Counted from the stretch's first letter, positions 1 to 9,587 are shown. The stretch: DNA of 32,789 nucleotides from Acutalibacteraceae bacterium (GCA_045591155.1 JAZNSJ010000096.1:1-32789), one strand, 5' to 3'. Translations and numbers: made by a program. Notes: generated by a model from the sequence alone, not told the origin.

Positions 1-147
1 GATTACGATATGAAGGATTGGGTTTTGGGGCGTATACCCGCAGAGCAGCAAAACGATTTTAATACCGCGTGTGAAAATGCGGCAAAGGCTGTAGAAGAAA
101 TCATAGCGCGGGGAATTGATAGCGCTATGAACAAATACAGCAAATAA
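1..147 (+). CDS. pth: peptidyl-tRNA hydrolase, C-terminal fragment (5' end lies outside the window)
   Basis: Frame 1 is open from the window edge to TAA at 145-147. The translation DYDMKDWVLGRIPAEQQNDFNTACENAAKAVEEIIARGIDSAMNKYSK resembles Pth C-termini. A position directly upstream of mfd is the conserved Firmicute pth-mfd arrangement. Confidence 0.6.
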   Translation, partial: DYDMKDWVLGRIPAEQQNDFNTACENAAKAVEEIIARGIDSAMNKYSK

Positions 148-154
148 TTTTTAT

Positions 155-3100
155 ATGAAATGTATATTAGATATTTTAAAAAACGAGCCTGACTACGCAA
201 GACTTTTAAAGGATGCTCAAAGCGGTTATCTGCCAATAGCGGCAAGCGGATTATCAGATATACACAAATCGCTTATTTTATCGGCGCTTACCAGCCACGC
301 GCAAAAAAAGCTTTTTGTTATAACTGCCGACGAGCCTACTGCAATATCAATGCAAGGCGATTTGACAGCCTTAGGTATTAACGCCTTGATTTTGCATAGC
401 CGTGATTACAATCTTATGCGTATGACAGGCTACTCAAAAGAATACGAGCACAAGCGTATCGACACCCTATCAAGAGTTCTTGATGGGGATTTTGACGTGT
501 GCTTAATTCCTGTTGAAGCGGCTGTTCAGTATACCGTACCGCCCGAAATTTTAAAGCAAAACATTATTAATATTTGTGTTGGTTATACGGAGGATATTGA
601 GTTTTTATCCCAAAAACTTGTATCGGCAGGCTACACCCGCGCAGAACTTTGCGAGGGTGTAGGGCAGTTTGCGGTGCGCGGCGGAATAGTGGATGTTTTT
701 GCCACAGGTAGTGACAATCCTGTGCGAATAGAATTTTGGGGTGACGAAGTAGATACAATCTCATATTTTGATGTTAATACCCAGCGTAGAACAGAAGCTA
801 TAAAAGAAACAAGGGTCTTTCCTGCAAATGAATTACCGTTTAACGCAAAGCAGCTTGCAGATAGTCTTAAAGATTATTGTGAAAAAAATAAAAAGCTTAC
901 CGACTTACAGCGTGATTTTATAAACTGTGATATTGAAAGGCTTAAAAATGGTTTATCGGTATCGGCAGATTTGTATATACCGTTTGTATATGAAAATGCA
1001 GGTACAATCTTTGATTATTTTGGGGACGGACTTATTGCGGTTTGTGAAACGGGTAATATACTAGAACGGTTAAAAAGTGTATATACCCTCGAAAAAGAGG
1101 ATATAACAGCGCTACTTGAACGTGGAGAATTGTGTCCTAAATCGGCAAAATTAAGGTTAAACATCGCCGATCTTATGTCAAAACTTAAAAAAGCCCTTTT
1201 TCTTGAAAACTTTCCTCGCAGTTCATACGAACTGCCGCTAAAAGAATTATTCTCTTTTAATTTTAAACGTTCTACTGCTTGGAGCGGTGATATAAATACC
1301 CTGTGCGAAGATATTGCCTATACTACGCATATAAAGGGAACAGTGATTATACTTGCGGGAGAGCAAAAGGCAGCAAGGGTTTTGTCGGCCGAGCTTTGTG
1401 ACCGCAATATAAACGCGGTTTATATTGAAAATTCCGACAAGCTAAAATCGGGTGGCGTATATGTGCTATCGGGTGGGCTATCAAGCGGGTTCGAGATACC
1501 TAGTGCCAAACTGTGTGTAATAACGCATCGGCACATCAGCGCCGAGAGTAAGCACGTTTACAGGCGTCATAAAGATAGCAAACAAATAAATTCGCTCGAA
1601 GAACTACATCGAGGTGATTATGTGGTTCACGCATCACACGGTATAGGTGTTTTTGACGGTATAAACCGCATTACCAATGGCGGTGTTACCAAGGATTATA
1701 TAAAAATCAAGTATGCAGGAACCGATGTGCTGTATGTACCCGTAACACAGCTTGATTTGGTATCTAAATATATTGGCGCTGCCGAGGATAGCGGTATTAA
1801 ACTTAATAAGCTTGGTGGTAGCGAGTGGCAACGCACACGGGCCCGTGTTAAAAAGGCTGTACGCGATATGGCAAAGCAATTAACCGCGCTTTATTCTAAA
1901 CGTATGGCTACTAAGGGTTATGCGTTTAGCGAGGACACCGACCTGCAAAGCGGATTTGAAAGTCGATTTGAATATGAGGAAACCGACGACCAGCTTCGTT
2001 GCATTAACGAAATTAAACGTGATATGCAGCGTGACATACCTATGGACCGTCTGCTTTGCGGAGATGTTGGTTTTGGCAAAACCGAAGTGGCGCTTCGCGC
2101 TGCTTTTAAATGTGTAAGTGAGGGTAAACAATGCGCTTTACTTGTGCCTACTACAATACTTGCTATGCAGCACTATAATACTGTTATTAGGCGATTTGGT
2201 GAGCTGCCACTTACAGTAAAACTGCTTAACCGATTTGTGTCAAAACGCGAGCAAGAAAAAACTATAGCAGGGCTAAAATCGGGCAGAGTAGATATGGTTG
2301 TTGGTACACACCGACTAATTTCAAAGGATGTGTCGTTTAAGGATATAGGCCTTGTAATTATTGATGAGGAGCAGCGTTTTGGGGTAGCGCAAAAAGAAAG
2401 ACTTAAAGAGCTATATCCGTTTGTAGATATACTTACTTTATCTGCAACCCCAATTCCGCGAACGTTAAATATGGCAATGTCGGGACTTCGGGATATGTCT
2501 ACTATAGATGAGGCGCCCAGTGATCGACATCCGGTGCAAACCTATGTTTTAGAGCAAAATGATGGTGTGCTTATTGATGCTATAAACCGCGAGCTTCGTC
2601 GCGGCGGTCAGGTGTATTATTTACACAACCGCGTCGATACCATCACGCGTTGCGCGGCAAAGTTAAAAGAAAAAATACCTCACGCACGCATAGGTATTGC
2701 GCACGGAAAAATGAGCGAGGATGAGCTTGGCGATATATGGAAAAAGCTACTCGACCACGAAATTGATGTACTGGTTTGCACTACCATAATAGAAACAGGT
2801 GTAGATGTCCCCAATGCTAACACGCTGATTATTGAAGATGCCGACCGTATGGGACTTTCTCAGCTACATCAACTGCGAGGTAGGGTAGGTCGCTCTCCGC
2901 GTCGAGCGTATGCATATTTTTGCTTTAAAAGGAATCGCGAAATTAGTGAAACCGCATCAAAACGTCTTGAAGCAATACGCCAGTTCACCGAGTTTGGTTC
3001 TGGATTTAAAATTGCTATGCGTGACCTTGAAATACGGGGTGCGGGCAGTATTCTGGGCGGTGAGCAGCACGGTAATATGGAGGCGGTAGGCTATGATATG

Positions 3101-3583
3101 TACCTAAAACTGCTTGCTGATGCCGTAAACGAAGAAAAGGGTATCGAGTCACACGAGGATTTGGTTTGTACTGTAGATCTTAATATTTCGGCACATATTC
3201 CCGAAAATTATATAAAGTCTTTACCTGCTCGACTTGGTATTTACCGCCGCATTGCTGACATACGAGATGATGGCGATGTTACCGATGTCATTGACGAGCT
3301 TTGTGACCGTTTTGGTGAGCCGCCAAGCTCGGTGATGGGGCTTATAAATGTAGCGCTGCTTCGCAGTAAGGCAAGTAAAGCTGGCATTATAGATATTACA
3401 AGCACGCAAAACACTGCGGTGTTGCATACCGTAAAGATTGATATGTCTGTAGCGGCAAAACTTTCTGACGAATTCAAATCAAGCTTTAGTGTAGCGGCAA
3501 TAGGCGAGCCCGCGTATGTTATAAGGCTTAACAATGGCTTGAAGTTGCAGGATGTTGTGGCACGGCTTGCAAAAATTTTGTAA
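155..3583 (+). CDS. mfd: transcription-repair coupling factor Mfd
   Basis: 1142-aa ORF with SF2 helicase motifs GDVGFGKTEVA (Walker A), VIIDEEQRFGV (DEEQ), SATPIPRTL and QLHQLRGRVGRS. It has a CarD-like segment GDYVVHASHGIGVF, and its size and its position after pth are typical. No obvious SD precedes ATG 155. Confidence 0.97.
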   Translation: MKCILDILKNEPDYARLLKDAQSGYLPIAASGLSDIHKSLILSALTSHAQKKLFVITADEPTAISMQGDLTALGINALILHSRDYNLMRMTGYSKEYEHKRIDTLSRVLDGDFDVCLIPVEAAVQYTVPPEILKQNIINICVGYTEDIEFLSQKLVSAGYTRAELCEGVGQFAVRGGIVDVFATGSDNPVRIEFWGDEVDTISYFDVNTQRRTEAIKETRVFPANELPFNAKQLADSLKDYCEKNKKLTDLQRDFINCDIERLKNGLSVSADLYIPFVYENAGTIFDYFGDGLIAVCETGNILERLKSVYTLEKEDITALLERGELCPKSAKLRLNIADLMSKLKKALFLENFPRSSYELPLKELFSFNFKRSTAWSGDINTLCEDIAYTTHIKGTVIILAGEQKAARVLSAELCDRNINAVYIENSDKLKSGGVYVLSGGLSSGFEIPSAKLCVITHRHISAESKHVYRRHKDSKQINSLEELHRGDYVVHASHGIGVFDGINRITNGGVTKDYIKIKYAGTDVLYVPVTQLDLVSKYIGAAEDSGIKLNKLGGSEWQRTRARVKKAVRDMAKQLTALYSKRMATKGYAFSEDTDLQSGFESRFEYEETDDQLRCINEIKRDMQRDIPMDRLLCGDVGFGKTEVALRAAFKCVSEGKQCALLVPTTILAMQHYNTVIRRFGELPLTVKLLNRFVSKREQEKTIAGLKSGRVDMVVGTHRLISKDVSFKDIGLVIIDEEQRFGVAQKERLKELYPFVDILTLSATPIPRTLNMAMSGLRDMSTIDEAPSDRHPVQTYVLEQNDGVLIDAINRELRRGGQVYYLHNRVDTITRCAAKLKEKIPHARIGIAHGKMSEDELGDIWKKLLDHEIDVLVCTTIIETGVDVPNANTLIIEDADRMGLSQLHQLRGRVGRSPRRAYAYFCFKRNREISETASKRLEAIRQFTEFGSGFKIAMRDLEIRGAGSILGGEQHGNMEAVGYDMYLKLLADAVNEEKGIESHEDLVCTVDLNISAHIPENYIKSLPARLGIYRRIADIRDDGDVTDVIDELCDRFGEPPSSVMGLINVALLRSKASKAGIIDITSTQNTAVLHTVKIDMSVAAKLSDEFKSSFSVAAIGEPAYVIRLNNGLKLQDVVARLAKIL

Positions 3584-3602
3584 AAAGGTTTACAATTTCG
3601 TG

Positions 3603-3631
3603 TAGACATTTTTAAAATTATGTTATATAAT
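3603..3631 (+). promoter_or_regulatory. sigma-A type promoter for the lipoprotein gene
   Basis: TAGACA (3603-3608), 17-nt spacer, TATAAT (3626-3631), ~35 nt upstream of the start codon. Confidence 0.5.
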
Positions 3632-3664
3632 TATTTGTATATAAAAATTAAGGAGAAAAAAGGA

Positions 3665-4750
3665 ATGAATACCTTAAAAAGATTTTTTGCATTAATGCTT
3701 TGTTTGGCATTGGTGGTTACCTGCTTTGCAGGCTGTCATAAAAAGGGCGAAATTGCTGTAAAAATTGGTGACGTTGAATTTACCTCTGGCTACTATGCGT
3801 GTGCACTTGTTTTTGCCGATACCGAGGCACGCGCAAAGGTAGAGGAAAACCTATCTGAAGACGAGCTTTCTGGCAACATTAAGTATTGGAACTATAAGGT
3901 AGAAGATACCGATTATACCAAATGGGTACAAAACACCGCGCTAGATACTTTAAAAGAACTTGCGGCAGTAAAAACCTTATGCGCCAAAGCAAAGGTTGAG
4001 CTTGATAGTGAAACTATATCACTCGCACAAAGCAATGCTGAGTATTTGTGGGACACATACGGCTATTCTGCTCTTATGGAGCAAAACGGCGTAGCAAAGG
4101 ACACCTTTATTACTTATATGAAGGACAGTTATCTTGCCGATGAATATTTTGCTTATTTGTATGGTAAGGGTGGCGAAAAAGAAGTTGCTGCCGACGAGAT
4201 TTCGAAACAGCTTACCGAAAACTATGTGCTTGTTAACAAGTTGGAAGTTTCTTTTAGCGAACTTGATGAAGATGAAAAAACAAGCAAGAAAAATCAGTTT
4301 GCAGGATATGAGGCATCACTTAAAGACGGAAGTAAAACCTTTGAGGAAATTTATCTTGAATATAATGATATTTCTGCCGATGAGCATAAACACGAAGAGG
4401 CAGAAGAAGGAGAGGTTCAGCCACAAGATCATCACGCGACAATCTTGGGTAGCGAGAACACCGATTATACCTCTGACCATTATGAAACAGCAAAGGCTAT
4501 GGCTTTAGGTGAAGTAAAGCTTATAACACTTGATGATGACAAGGGTCTTGTGTTACTTGTTAAAAAGGATATTGCGGCAGATCCATATTATATTGAAGAG
4601 TTTGATACTGTGCTTCGTCAAGGTATTGTAGGCGATACCTTTACCAAAGATCTTGCAAAATACGGCAAAGAATTAAATTGCGATATTAATAAATCGTCAA
4701 TAAAGCAGTTTAAGGTTAAAAATATATATTACCCCGAAACAACTTATTAA
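3665..4750 (+). CDS. secreted lipoprotein, possibly a PrsA/SurA-N-like foldase-type protein with no recognisable PPIase motif
   Basis: The start was moved to ATG 3665 (AGGAG at 3651-3655). The signal peptide MNTLKRFFALMLCLALVVTCFAGC carries a lipobox. The gene sits after mfd, where Firmicutes often encode a PrsA-like lipoprotein. I could not see a parvulin motif, so the function is uncertain. Confidence 0.6.
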   Translation: MNTLKRFFALMLCLALVVTCFAGCHKKGEIAVKIGDVEFTSGYYACALVFADTEARAKVEENLSEDELSGNIKYWNYKVEDTDYTKWVQNTALDTLKELAAVKTLCAKAKVELDSETISLAQSNAEYLWDTYGYSALMEQNGVAKDTFITYMKDSYLADEYFAYLYGKGGEKEVAADEISKQLTENYVLVNKLEVSFSELDEDEKTSKKNQFAGYEASLKDGSKTFEEIYLEYNDISADEHKHEEAEEGEVQPQDHHATILGSENTDYTSDHYETAKAMALGEVKLITLDDDKGLVLLVKKDIAADPYYIEEFDTVLRQGIVGDTFTKDLAKYGKELNCDINKSSIKQFKVKNIYYPETTY

Positions 4751-4770
4751 TAATTAACATATATAAAAGC

Positions 4771-4799
4771 AAGGTCCTCAACCAAAAGTTGAGGACCTT
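4771..4799. terminator. bidirectional intrinsic terminator between convergent genes
   Basis: Perfect 12-bp stem AAGGTCCTCAAC/GTTGAGGACCTT with loop CAAAA. It has an A-run upstream and TTTTAATT downstream, and it lies between the stops at 4750 (+) and 4807 (-). Confidence 0.8.
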
Positions 4800-4806
4800 T
4801 TAATTA

Positions 4807-5655
4807 TTACATTATTTCAAAACTGTGTATGCGGTAAAGTTCACCGCCTCGTTCTATACGCTGTATACCTTCCTTTTCGGCAAGGTTTTTATTTGTGTTT
4901 ATGTTATCGGTAATGCCGCACCAAGGTTCTATGCAAATAAAAGGAGCGTTTGGCGCTGTCCAAATAAGCATATAATCAAAACCGTTAAAATCTATCTTGA
5001 TTTTTTGGTCGGTAGTTTTGTTGTGTAAGGTGGCGCTACGAGAATTAAGATTTTTAAATATAAGGCAATCGTTTGAAAAGAGTGAGTGGTCAAGCTGTAA
5101 CTTGTTGGTGTTTTGTCCATAATTTATAGTATCAAACGAAAGCAACGGACCCTTAAGCTGAAAAGCATCTAAGATTTCTTTTTTATCAAAAATAATTTCA
5201 TAATTTTCGATACCCTCGGGGCAATTATATGCTTCGTGAGCGCCTACCGAAAAATACATATCACCATCGGTAAGATTTTTAATATTGTATTCAATGCTTA
5301 ACTTTTTACCTAACAGGGTATATGTAATTCTAAATTCATATTTAAACGGATAGTTGTCGCAGGGGCAATTTTGTGAACTTAATAAAAAGGTAGCGGTGTT
5401 TTCGCAAGCGTGTTCAACAGCCCATTGGGCGCTACGGGCAAAGCCGTGCTTTTGCAACTTGTATATTTTACCTTCGTATACAAATTCATCGTCTTTAAGT
5501 CCGCTGCAAATAGGGAATAATACGGGAGATGACCCTGTCCAAAAGGCAGGGTCACCGTACCAGATATATTCCTTACCATCATATTTTAAACTTTTAAGTT
5601 CAGCGCCGATTTCGCTAAAAGTGGCGGTTAAAAATTTGTTTGTAATGGTAACCAT
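4807..5655 (-). CDS. aldose 1-epimerase family protein (LacX/galactose-mutarotase-like)
   Basis: 282-aa ORF with an N-terminus (ATFSEIGAELKSL...EYIW...FWTGSSPVLFPICSGL...HGFAR) typical of the small LacX-like mutarotase family. It is the last gene of the minus-strand nagB operon. Confidence 0.8.
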   Translation of the reverse strand: MVTITNKFLTATFSEIGAELKSLKYDGKEYIWYGDPAFWTGSSPVLFPICSGLKDDEFVYEGKIYKLQKHGFARSAQWAVEHACENTATFLLSSQNCPCDNYPFKYEFRITYTLLGKKLSIEYNIKNLTDGDMYFSVGAHEAYNCPEGIENYEIIFDKKEILDAFQLKGPLLSFDTINYGQNTNKLQLDHSLFSNDCLIFKNLNSRSATLHNKTTDQKIKIDFNGFDYMLIWTAPNAPFICIEPWCGITDNINTNKNLAEKEGIQRIERGGELYRIHSFEIM

Positions 5656-5666
5656 AATATTAGTCC

Positions 5667-6749
5667 TTAAATTGAGTTTACAATTGCGCGAAGCTTGTCT
5701 TCTTTTGCTTCCATATCAGCAACCAGCTTAAATTGTGTGCGGCAACGGTCAAGGTTATGATTTTCTCTATGTATTTTAAAATAAACGTCGCCGTTAAGAT
5801 GGTCTGTAAGAAAACGCACGCCACATTCAAGAGTCATAAGATATGCGCCTGTTACAAGGCTGTCCTTTTCGGCTGGTGTAAGAAATTTATTTGCGGTTGA
5901 AAGGTAACCCTTTGCAAACACCTCAAACAAATGTAGGTCAACCTCTATCTTTGAAAGGTCGGTTTCGTCTTCTGCACCTGTTGACGCGCCAAAACGTATA
6001 CTGTCGCCAAAGTCGTAAGCTGCAGCGCCTGGCATAACGGTGTCAAGGTCGATAACGCACTTTGCTTTTCCTGTTGCATCATCAATAAGAATATTGTTAA
6101 GCTTGGTGTCGTTATGTGTTACGCGGTATGGAATTTCGCCGCTTTCAAGCTTAGAAGTAATTGCATCTGCTTTACATTCGCGAGCCAAAATAAAATCAAT
6201 TTCTGCCTGAACATCCTTTGCACGACCTATCTTATCCTCTGCCAATGCTTTTTTGAAGTCGGCAAAACGGCTTGGTGTGTTGTGGAAGTTGGCAATTGTT
6301 TCGTAAAGCTTTTCAGCAGGATATTCTGCAAGCATTTGTTGGAATTCACCAAACGCCAAGCCGCAGGTGTAAAAATCGTTATCGTTTTCGATCTGCTGAT
6401 ATGCAGTAGCATTTTCAATAAACTTGTAAACACGCCAATAGCTACCGAATTCGTCAAGAAAATAGTTTTTGCCGTCAAGCGTTTTAATAACGGTAAGTGT
6501 ACCGTCTTCTTCTACCTTGTCACGCAAAAATTCGGTAACACCTACGATATTTTCCATAAGCTGTTCAGGATTTTTAAAAGCAACGGTGCTAATCTTTTGC
6601 ATAAGGTTTTTTGTTTCATTACCGTCAGCGGATTTATGTATAGCGAGCCATGTAGAATTTATATGGCCGCTACCGTACGGTTCTATATAGGTGATTTCAT
6701 CGCTGTTAAACTGCTTTGCCGCAAGTATTGCAATTTCTCTATCAGTCAT
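5667..6749 (-). CDS. nahK: N-acetylhexosamine 1-kinase (NahK/LnpB-like, APH-fold kinase)
   Basis: 360 aa. The stretches PYGSGHINSTW, WRVYKFIE, FHNTPSRFADFKKALAEDKIGRA, RVTHNDTKLNNILID, VIDLDTVMPG, FDFGDSIRFGAST and LTLECGVRFLTDHLNGDVYF closely match my recollection of Bifidobacterium longum NahK. Confidence 0.88.
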   Translation of the reverse strand: MTDREIAILAAKQFNSDEITYIEPYGSGHINSTWLAIHKSADGNETKNLMQKISTVAFKNPEQLMENIVGVTEFLRDKVEEDGTLTVIKTLDGKNYFLDEFGSYWRVYKFIENATAYQQIENDNDFYTCGLAFGEFQQMLAEYPAEKLYETIANFHNTPSRFADFKKALAEDKIGRAKDVQAEIDFILARECKADAITSKLESGEIPYRVTHNDTKLNNILIDDATGKAKCVIDLDTVMPGAAAYDFGDSIRFGASTGAEDETDLSKIEVDLHLFEVFAKGYLSTANKFLTPAEKDSLVTGAYLMTLECGVRFLTDHLNGDVYFKIHRENHNLDRCRTQFKLVADMEAKEDKLRAIVNSI

Positions 6750-6775
6750 TTTAAAATACCTCGTTTTTTATAATA

Positions 6776-7486
6776 TTAGTTTTCGCTGTAAATTACTGTA
6801 ACGTCGGGATGAAGCTGTAAAATGGATGCGGGAACCTGTGGGGTAATAGGACCAAAGAATGCTTTTTCGAGTATTTCTTTTTTATTTGCGCCGTTTGCAA
6901 CAAGAAGAACTTTTTTAGCGTTCATAATAGCGCCCATACCCATTGTAATTGCTTTTTTAGGAACATCGTTAATAGATTCAAAGAAACGAGCGTTAGCCTC
7001 GATTGTTGACTCGTGAAGGTCTACCACATGTGTTTCTTTTACAAAAACATCAGCAGGCTCATTAAAACCAATGTGACCGTCAAGACCGATGCCCAAAAGC
7101 TGTAAATCTATACCGCCAAGGTCGGCAATATGCTTGTCGTAAGCGGCACCCTCTGCTGCAAGGTCGCCCGATATACCGCTTGGTACTGCGGTGCGTGATT
7201 TATCGATATTTACGTGGTCAAAAAGATTGGTGTTCATAAAGTAGCGATAACTTTGGTCGTGATCACCGTTAAGACCAACGTACTCGTCAAGATTTACAGA
7301 AGTAACCGTGCTAAAATCAAGCTCGCCTGCATTGCACTTTTTAATAAGCTCTTTATAAGTGCCTACGGGAGAAGAGCCGGTGGCCAGACCAAGCACACAA
7401 TTAGGCTTCATAATAATTTGTGAAGCGATAATGTTTGCGGCTTTAACGCTTAATTCATCATAGTTTTTTACTGTAATGAAATTCAT
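6776..7486 (-). CDS. nagB: glucosamine-6-phosphate deaminase
   Basis: The start was moved to ATG 7486 (GGAGG 8 nt upstream); the longer track ORF adds a non-conserved extension. Motifs present: LGLATGSSP, VNLDEY, LLGIGLDGHIGFNEP, AITMGM. Confidence 0.95.
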   Translation of the reverse strand: MNFITVKNYDELSVKAANIIASQIIMKPNCVLGLATGSSPVGTYKELIKKCNAGELDFSTVTSVNLDEYVGLNGDHDQSYRYFMNTNLFDHVNIDKSRTAVPSGISGDLAAEGAAYDKHIADLGGIDLQLLGIGLDGHIGFNEPADVFVKETHVVDLHESTIEANARFFESINDVPKKAITMGMGAIMNAKKVLLVANGANKKEILEKAFFGPITPQVPASILQLHPDVTVIYSEN

Positions 7487-7560
7487 AAATAATTCCTCCA
7501 AAAAGAATTTATTTTGTTTTGATAGCAAGTATACGTACCATAACTTATTATAACATATCT

Positions 7561-7589
7561 ATTATAAATATATTCATGCAAAAAGTCAA
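7561..7589 (-). promoter_or_regulatory. sigma-A type promoter of the nagB-nahK-epimerase operon
   Basis: On the minus strand: TTGACT (7589-7584), 17-nt spacer, TATAAT (7566-7561), ~70 nt upstream of the nagB start. Confidence 0.6.
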
Positions 7590-7611
7590 ATAAAATTCCT
7601 TATTTTAGCAA

Positions 7612-7646
7612 TAAAAAAACAAGCCTTGCAGAAACACAAGGCTTGT
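7612..7646 (-). terminator. intrinsic terminator after rpsI
   Basis: On the minus strand: ACAAGCCTTG-loop-CAAGGCTTGT (10-bp stem) followed by TTTTTTTATT, 15 nt after the rpsI stop. Confidence 0.85.
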
Positions 7647-7660
7647 AAAATAGCAAATAA

Positions 7661-8059
7661 TTAACGTTTGCTGAACTGTGGTGCACGACGAGCGCCTTTA
7701 AGACCGTATTTCTTTCTTTCCTTCATACGTGGATCACGAGTGAGGAAACCAGCCTTTTTAAGTTCTGGACGAAGCTCAGCATCAGCCTGCAAGAGTGCGC
7801 GTGCAATACCGTGGCGGATAGCGCCTGCCTGACCGGTAACACCGCCGCCTGCTACACGGCATACAATGTCAAACTTGTCAGCGTTTTCGGTAAGAACAAG
7901 TGGCTGACGAACAATAACCTTTAAGGTCTCAAGACCAAAGTAGTCATCAATATCTCTTTCGTTAATAGTGATTTTGCCTGTACCTTGGTATACTCTAACA
8001 CGGGCAACAGAACTCTTTCTTCTGCCGGTGCCGTAAAAATATGGCTTTCCTTCAAACAT
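7661..8059 (-). CDS. rpsI: 30S ribosomal protein S9
   Basis: 132 aa with [13 protein letters not shown]...[19 protein letters not shown]...[24 protein letters not shown]. The RBS is AAGGGAGA, and the gene lies downstream of rplM. Confidence 0.98.
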   Translation of the reverse strand: MFEGKPYFYGTGRRKSSVARVRVYQGTGKITINERDIDDYFGLETLKVIVRQPLVLTENADKFDIVCRVAGGGVTGQAGAIRHGIARALLQADAELRPELKKAGFLTRDPRMKERKKYGLKGARRAPQFSKR

Positions 8060-8076
8060 TGTGTCTGTCTCCCTTC

Positions 8077-8505
8077 TTAAAATTCATACTTTTCAGGCTT
8101 TTGTGCTACCTGAACGTAGTTCTCGCCCTTGTATATGTGAAGACGAGTAAGTGCCTTACGGCCGATTGTAGTATCGGGAACCATACCCTTTACTGCAAGC
8201 TCCATAGCAAGCTCAGGACGGGTGCTCATAAGGGTTGAATACTTAACCTCTTTAAGACCTCCGATGTAGCCTGTATGACGGCGATAATACTTGTTTTCTA
8301 ACTTTTTGCCTGTTAAAACTGCCTTTTCAGCGTTTATAACGATAACGTGGTCGCCACAATCAACATGAGGGGTGAATGTAGGCTTGTGTTTACCGCGAAG
8401 CAAATCAGCAACCTTAGCAGCAGTGCGGCCAAGCGGACGATTAGCTGCGTCGATAATATACCATTTGCGCTGAACTTCGGCAGGTTTTGCCATAAATGTA
8501 GACAT
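8077..8505 (-). CDS. rplM: 50S ribosomal protein L13
   Basis: The start was moved to ATG 8505 (GGAGG RBS); the upstream part of the track ORF overlaps the promoter. Sequence: [46 protein letters not shown]... Confidence 0.97.
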   Translation of the reverse strand: MSTFMAKPAEVQRKWYIIDAANRPLGRTAAKVADLLRGKHKPTFTPHVDCGDHVIVINAEKAVLTGKKLENKYYRRHTGYIGGLKEVKYSTLMSTRPELAMELAVKGMVPDTTIGRKALTRLHIYKGENYVQVAQKPEKYEF

Positions 8506-8548
8506 AATCAAAACCTCCAAATAGTTTTCTTTTTTTGAGTGCCCGAAT

Positions 8549-8577
8549 ATAATACCACAGCCAAAATGCTTTGTCAA
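8549..8577 (-). promoter_or_regulatory. sigma-A promoter of the rplM-rpsI operon (extended -10)
   Basis: On the minus strand: TTGACA (8577-8572), 17-nt spacer ending in TGG, TATTAT (8554-8549). It lies inside the spurious N-terminal extension of the track ORF. Confidence 0.7.
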
Positions 8578-8610
8578 CATTATTTTTTAAAAATTTTAAT
8601 TTAAAAAACA

Positions 8611-8650
8611 AAATCTCTGTTTTTCTCTTGTTTTCTCTTATTTTCTCTCA
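8611..8650. repeat. four tandem 10-bp repeats (AAATCTCTGT, TTTTCTCTTG, TTTTCTCTTA, TTTTCTCTCA); helically phased T/A-tracts
   Basis: Read directly from the sequence. The period is exactly 10 bp. They lie between the divergent rplM (-) and ymdB-like (+) promoters. Confidence 0.8.
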
Positions 8651-8697
8651 AATACTCACTTGTGATTTTTAAAAAACTGCAAATTTTATAAAATCAA

Positions 8698-8726
8698 TTG
8701 AACTTCCACTAATTATATGTTATTAT
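8698..8726 (+). promoter_or_regulatory. sigma-A promoter of the ymdB-like gene (extended -10)
   Basis: TTGAAC (8698-8703), 17-nt spacer ending in TGT, TATTAT (8721-8726), ~40 nt before ATG 8766. Confidence 0.6.
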
Positions 8727-8765
8727 TATTTAATAAAGTAAAATGGGATAAAAGGCGGTGAGTGG

Positions 8766-9545
8766 ATGAAGGTTTTGGCGGTGGGTGATGTTTGCTCGCA
8801 CGACGGTTGCGAGTATGCGCTTAAAATGATACCTATTATAAAGCGTGAGGAAAATATTGATTTTGTAATAGTAAACGGCGAAAATTCTGCCGTAGGCAAC
8901 GGCATTACGCCCGATAGCGCCAAAACGCTTTTTGCCGCAGGTGCCGATGTTATAACGGGTGGCAATCATACGCTTCGCCGCAAGGAGTTTTTTGACTGTC
9001 TTGAAAACAACCCTTTTGTTCTGCGACCTCACAATTTAAAAGAAGCCGAGGTAGGCAACGGCTACTGCCTTTTTGATATGGGCAAATACACTGCGGCGGT
9101 TATAAACCTTTCGGGTCAGATATATCTTGAAAGGGTAAACGCAGATAATCCATTCGCTTGTGCTGATGAGCTTATACAAAAAGCAAAGGACGATGGCGCA
9201 AAATTTATATTTGTAGATTTTCATGCCGAGGCCACCAGTGAAAAACGAGCTATGGGGTTTTATCTTGACGGTAGAGTAAGCGCTGTTTTTGGCACTCATA
9301 CTCACGTGCAAACTGCTGATGCGCAGATTTTACCAAACGGTACGGGATATATTACCGACCTTGGTATGACGGGTGTTATAAATTCGGTACTCGGCGTAAA
9401 GAGTGATATTATAATTAACCGTTTAAAAAACAATGATATGTCACGCTTTGAGCAGGCAAGCGGCAAATGTATGCTTAATGGCTGCATTTTTGATATCGAC
9501 CAAACTACAGCTCTTGCAAAGTCGGTTAAGTTGATATACAAATAA
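8766..9545 (+). CDS. ymdB: YmdB-like metallophosphoesterase (2',3'-cyclic-nucleotide phosphodiesterase family, TIGR00282-type)
   Basis: 259 aa with MKVLAVGDV..., NGENSAVGNGIT, DFHAEATSEK and GTHTHVQTAD, which are calcineurin-like metal-binding motifs in the YmdB arrangement. Confidence 0.85.
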   Translation: MKVLAVGDVCSHDGCEYALKMIPIIKREENIDFVIVNGENSAVGNGITPDSAKTLFAAGADVITGGNHTLRRKEFFDCLENNPFVLRPHNLKEAEVGNGYCLFDMGKYTAAVINLSGQIYLERVNADNPFACADELIQKAKDDGAKFIFVDFHAEATSEKRAMGFYLDGRVSAVFGTHTHVQTADAQILPNGTGYITDLGMTGVINSVLGVKSDIIINRLKNNDMSRFEQASGKCMLNGCIFDIDQTTALAKSVKLIYK

Positions 9546-9587
9546 TTTTTTACTTTTAATTTTAAGTTTGAATGGTGGTGACGGCGT

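Noticed and set aside
3620-3664. N-terminal extensions of several track ORFs (3620, 7528, 8580, 15282, 17132, 19090, 28561)
   Set aside because: In each case an internal ATG has a much better Shine-Dalgarno sequence and begins the conserved part of the protein. The extensions overlap promoters, terminators or the upstream gene.
6114-6773. 219-aa plus-strand ORF antisense to nahK (also 5354-5731 +, 8726-9032 -, 9302-9691 -, 11558-11872 -, 11721-12140 -)
   Set aside because: All are shadow ORFs opposite strongly supported genes, and none has translation signals or recognisable motifs.
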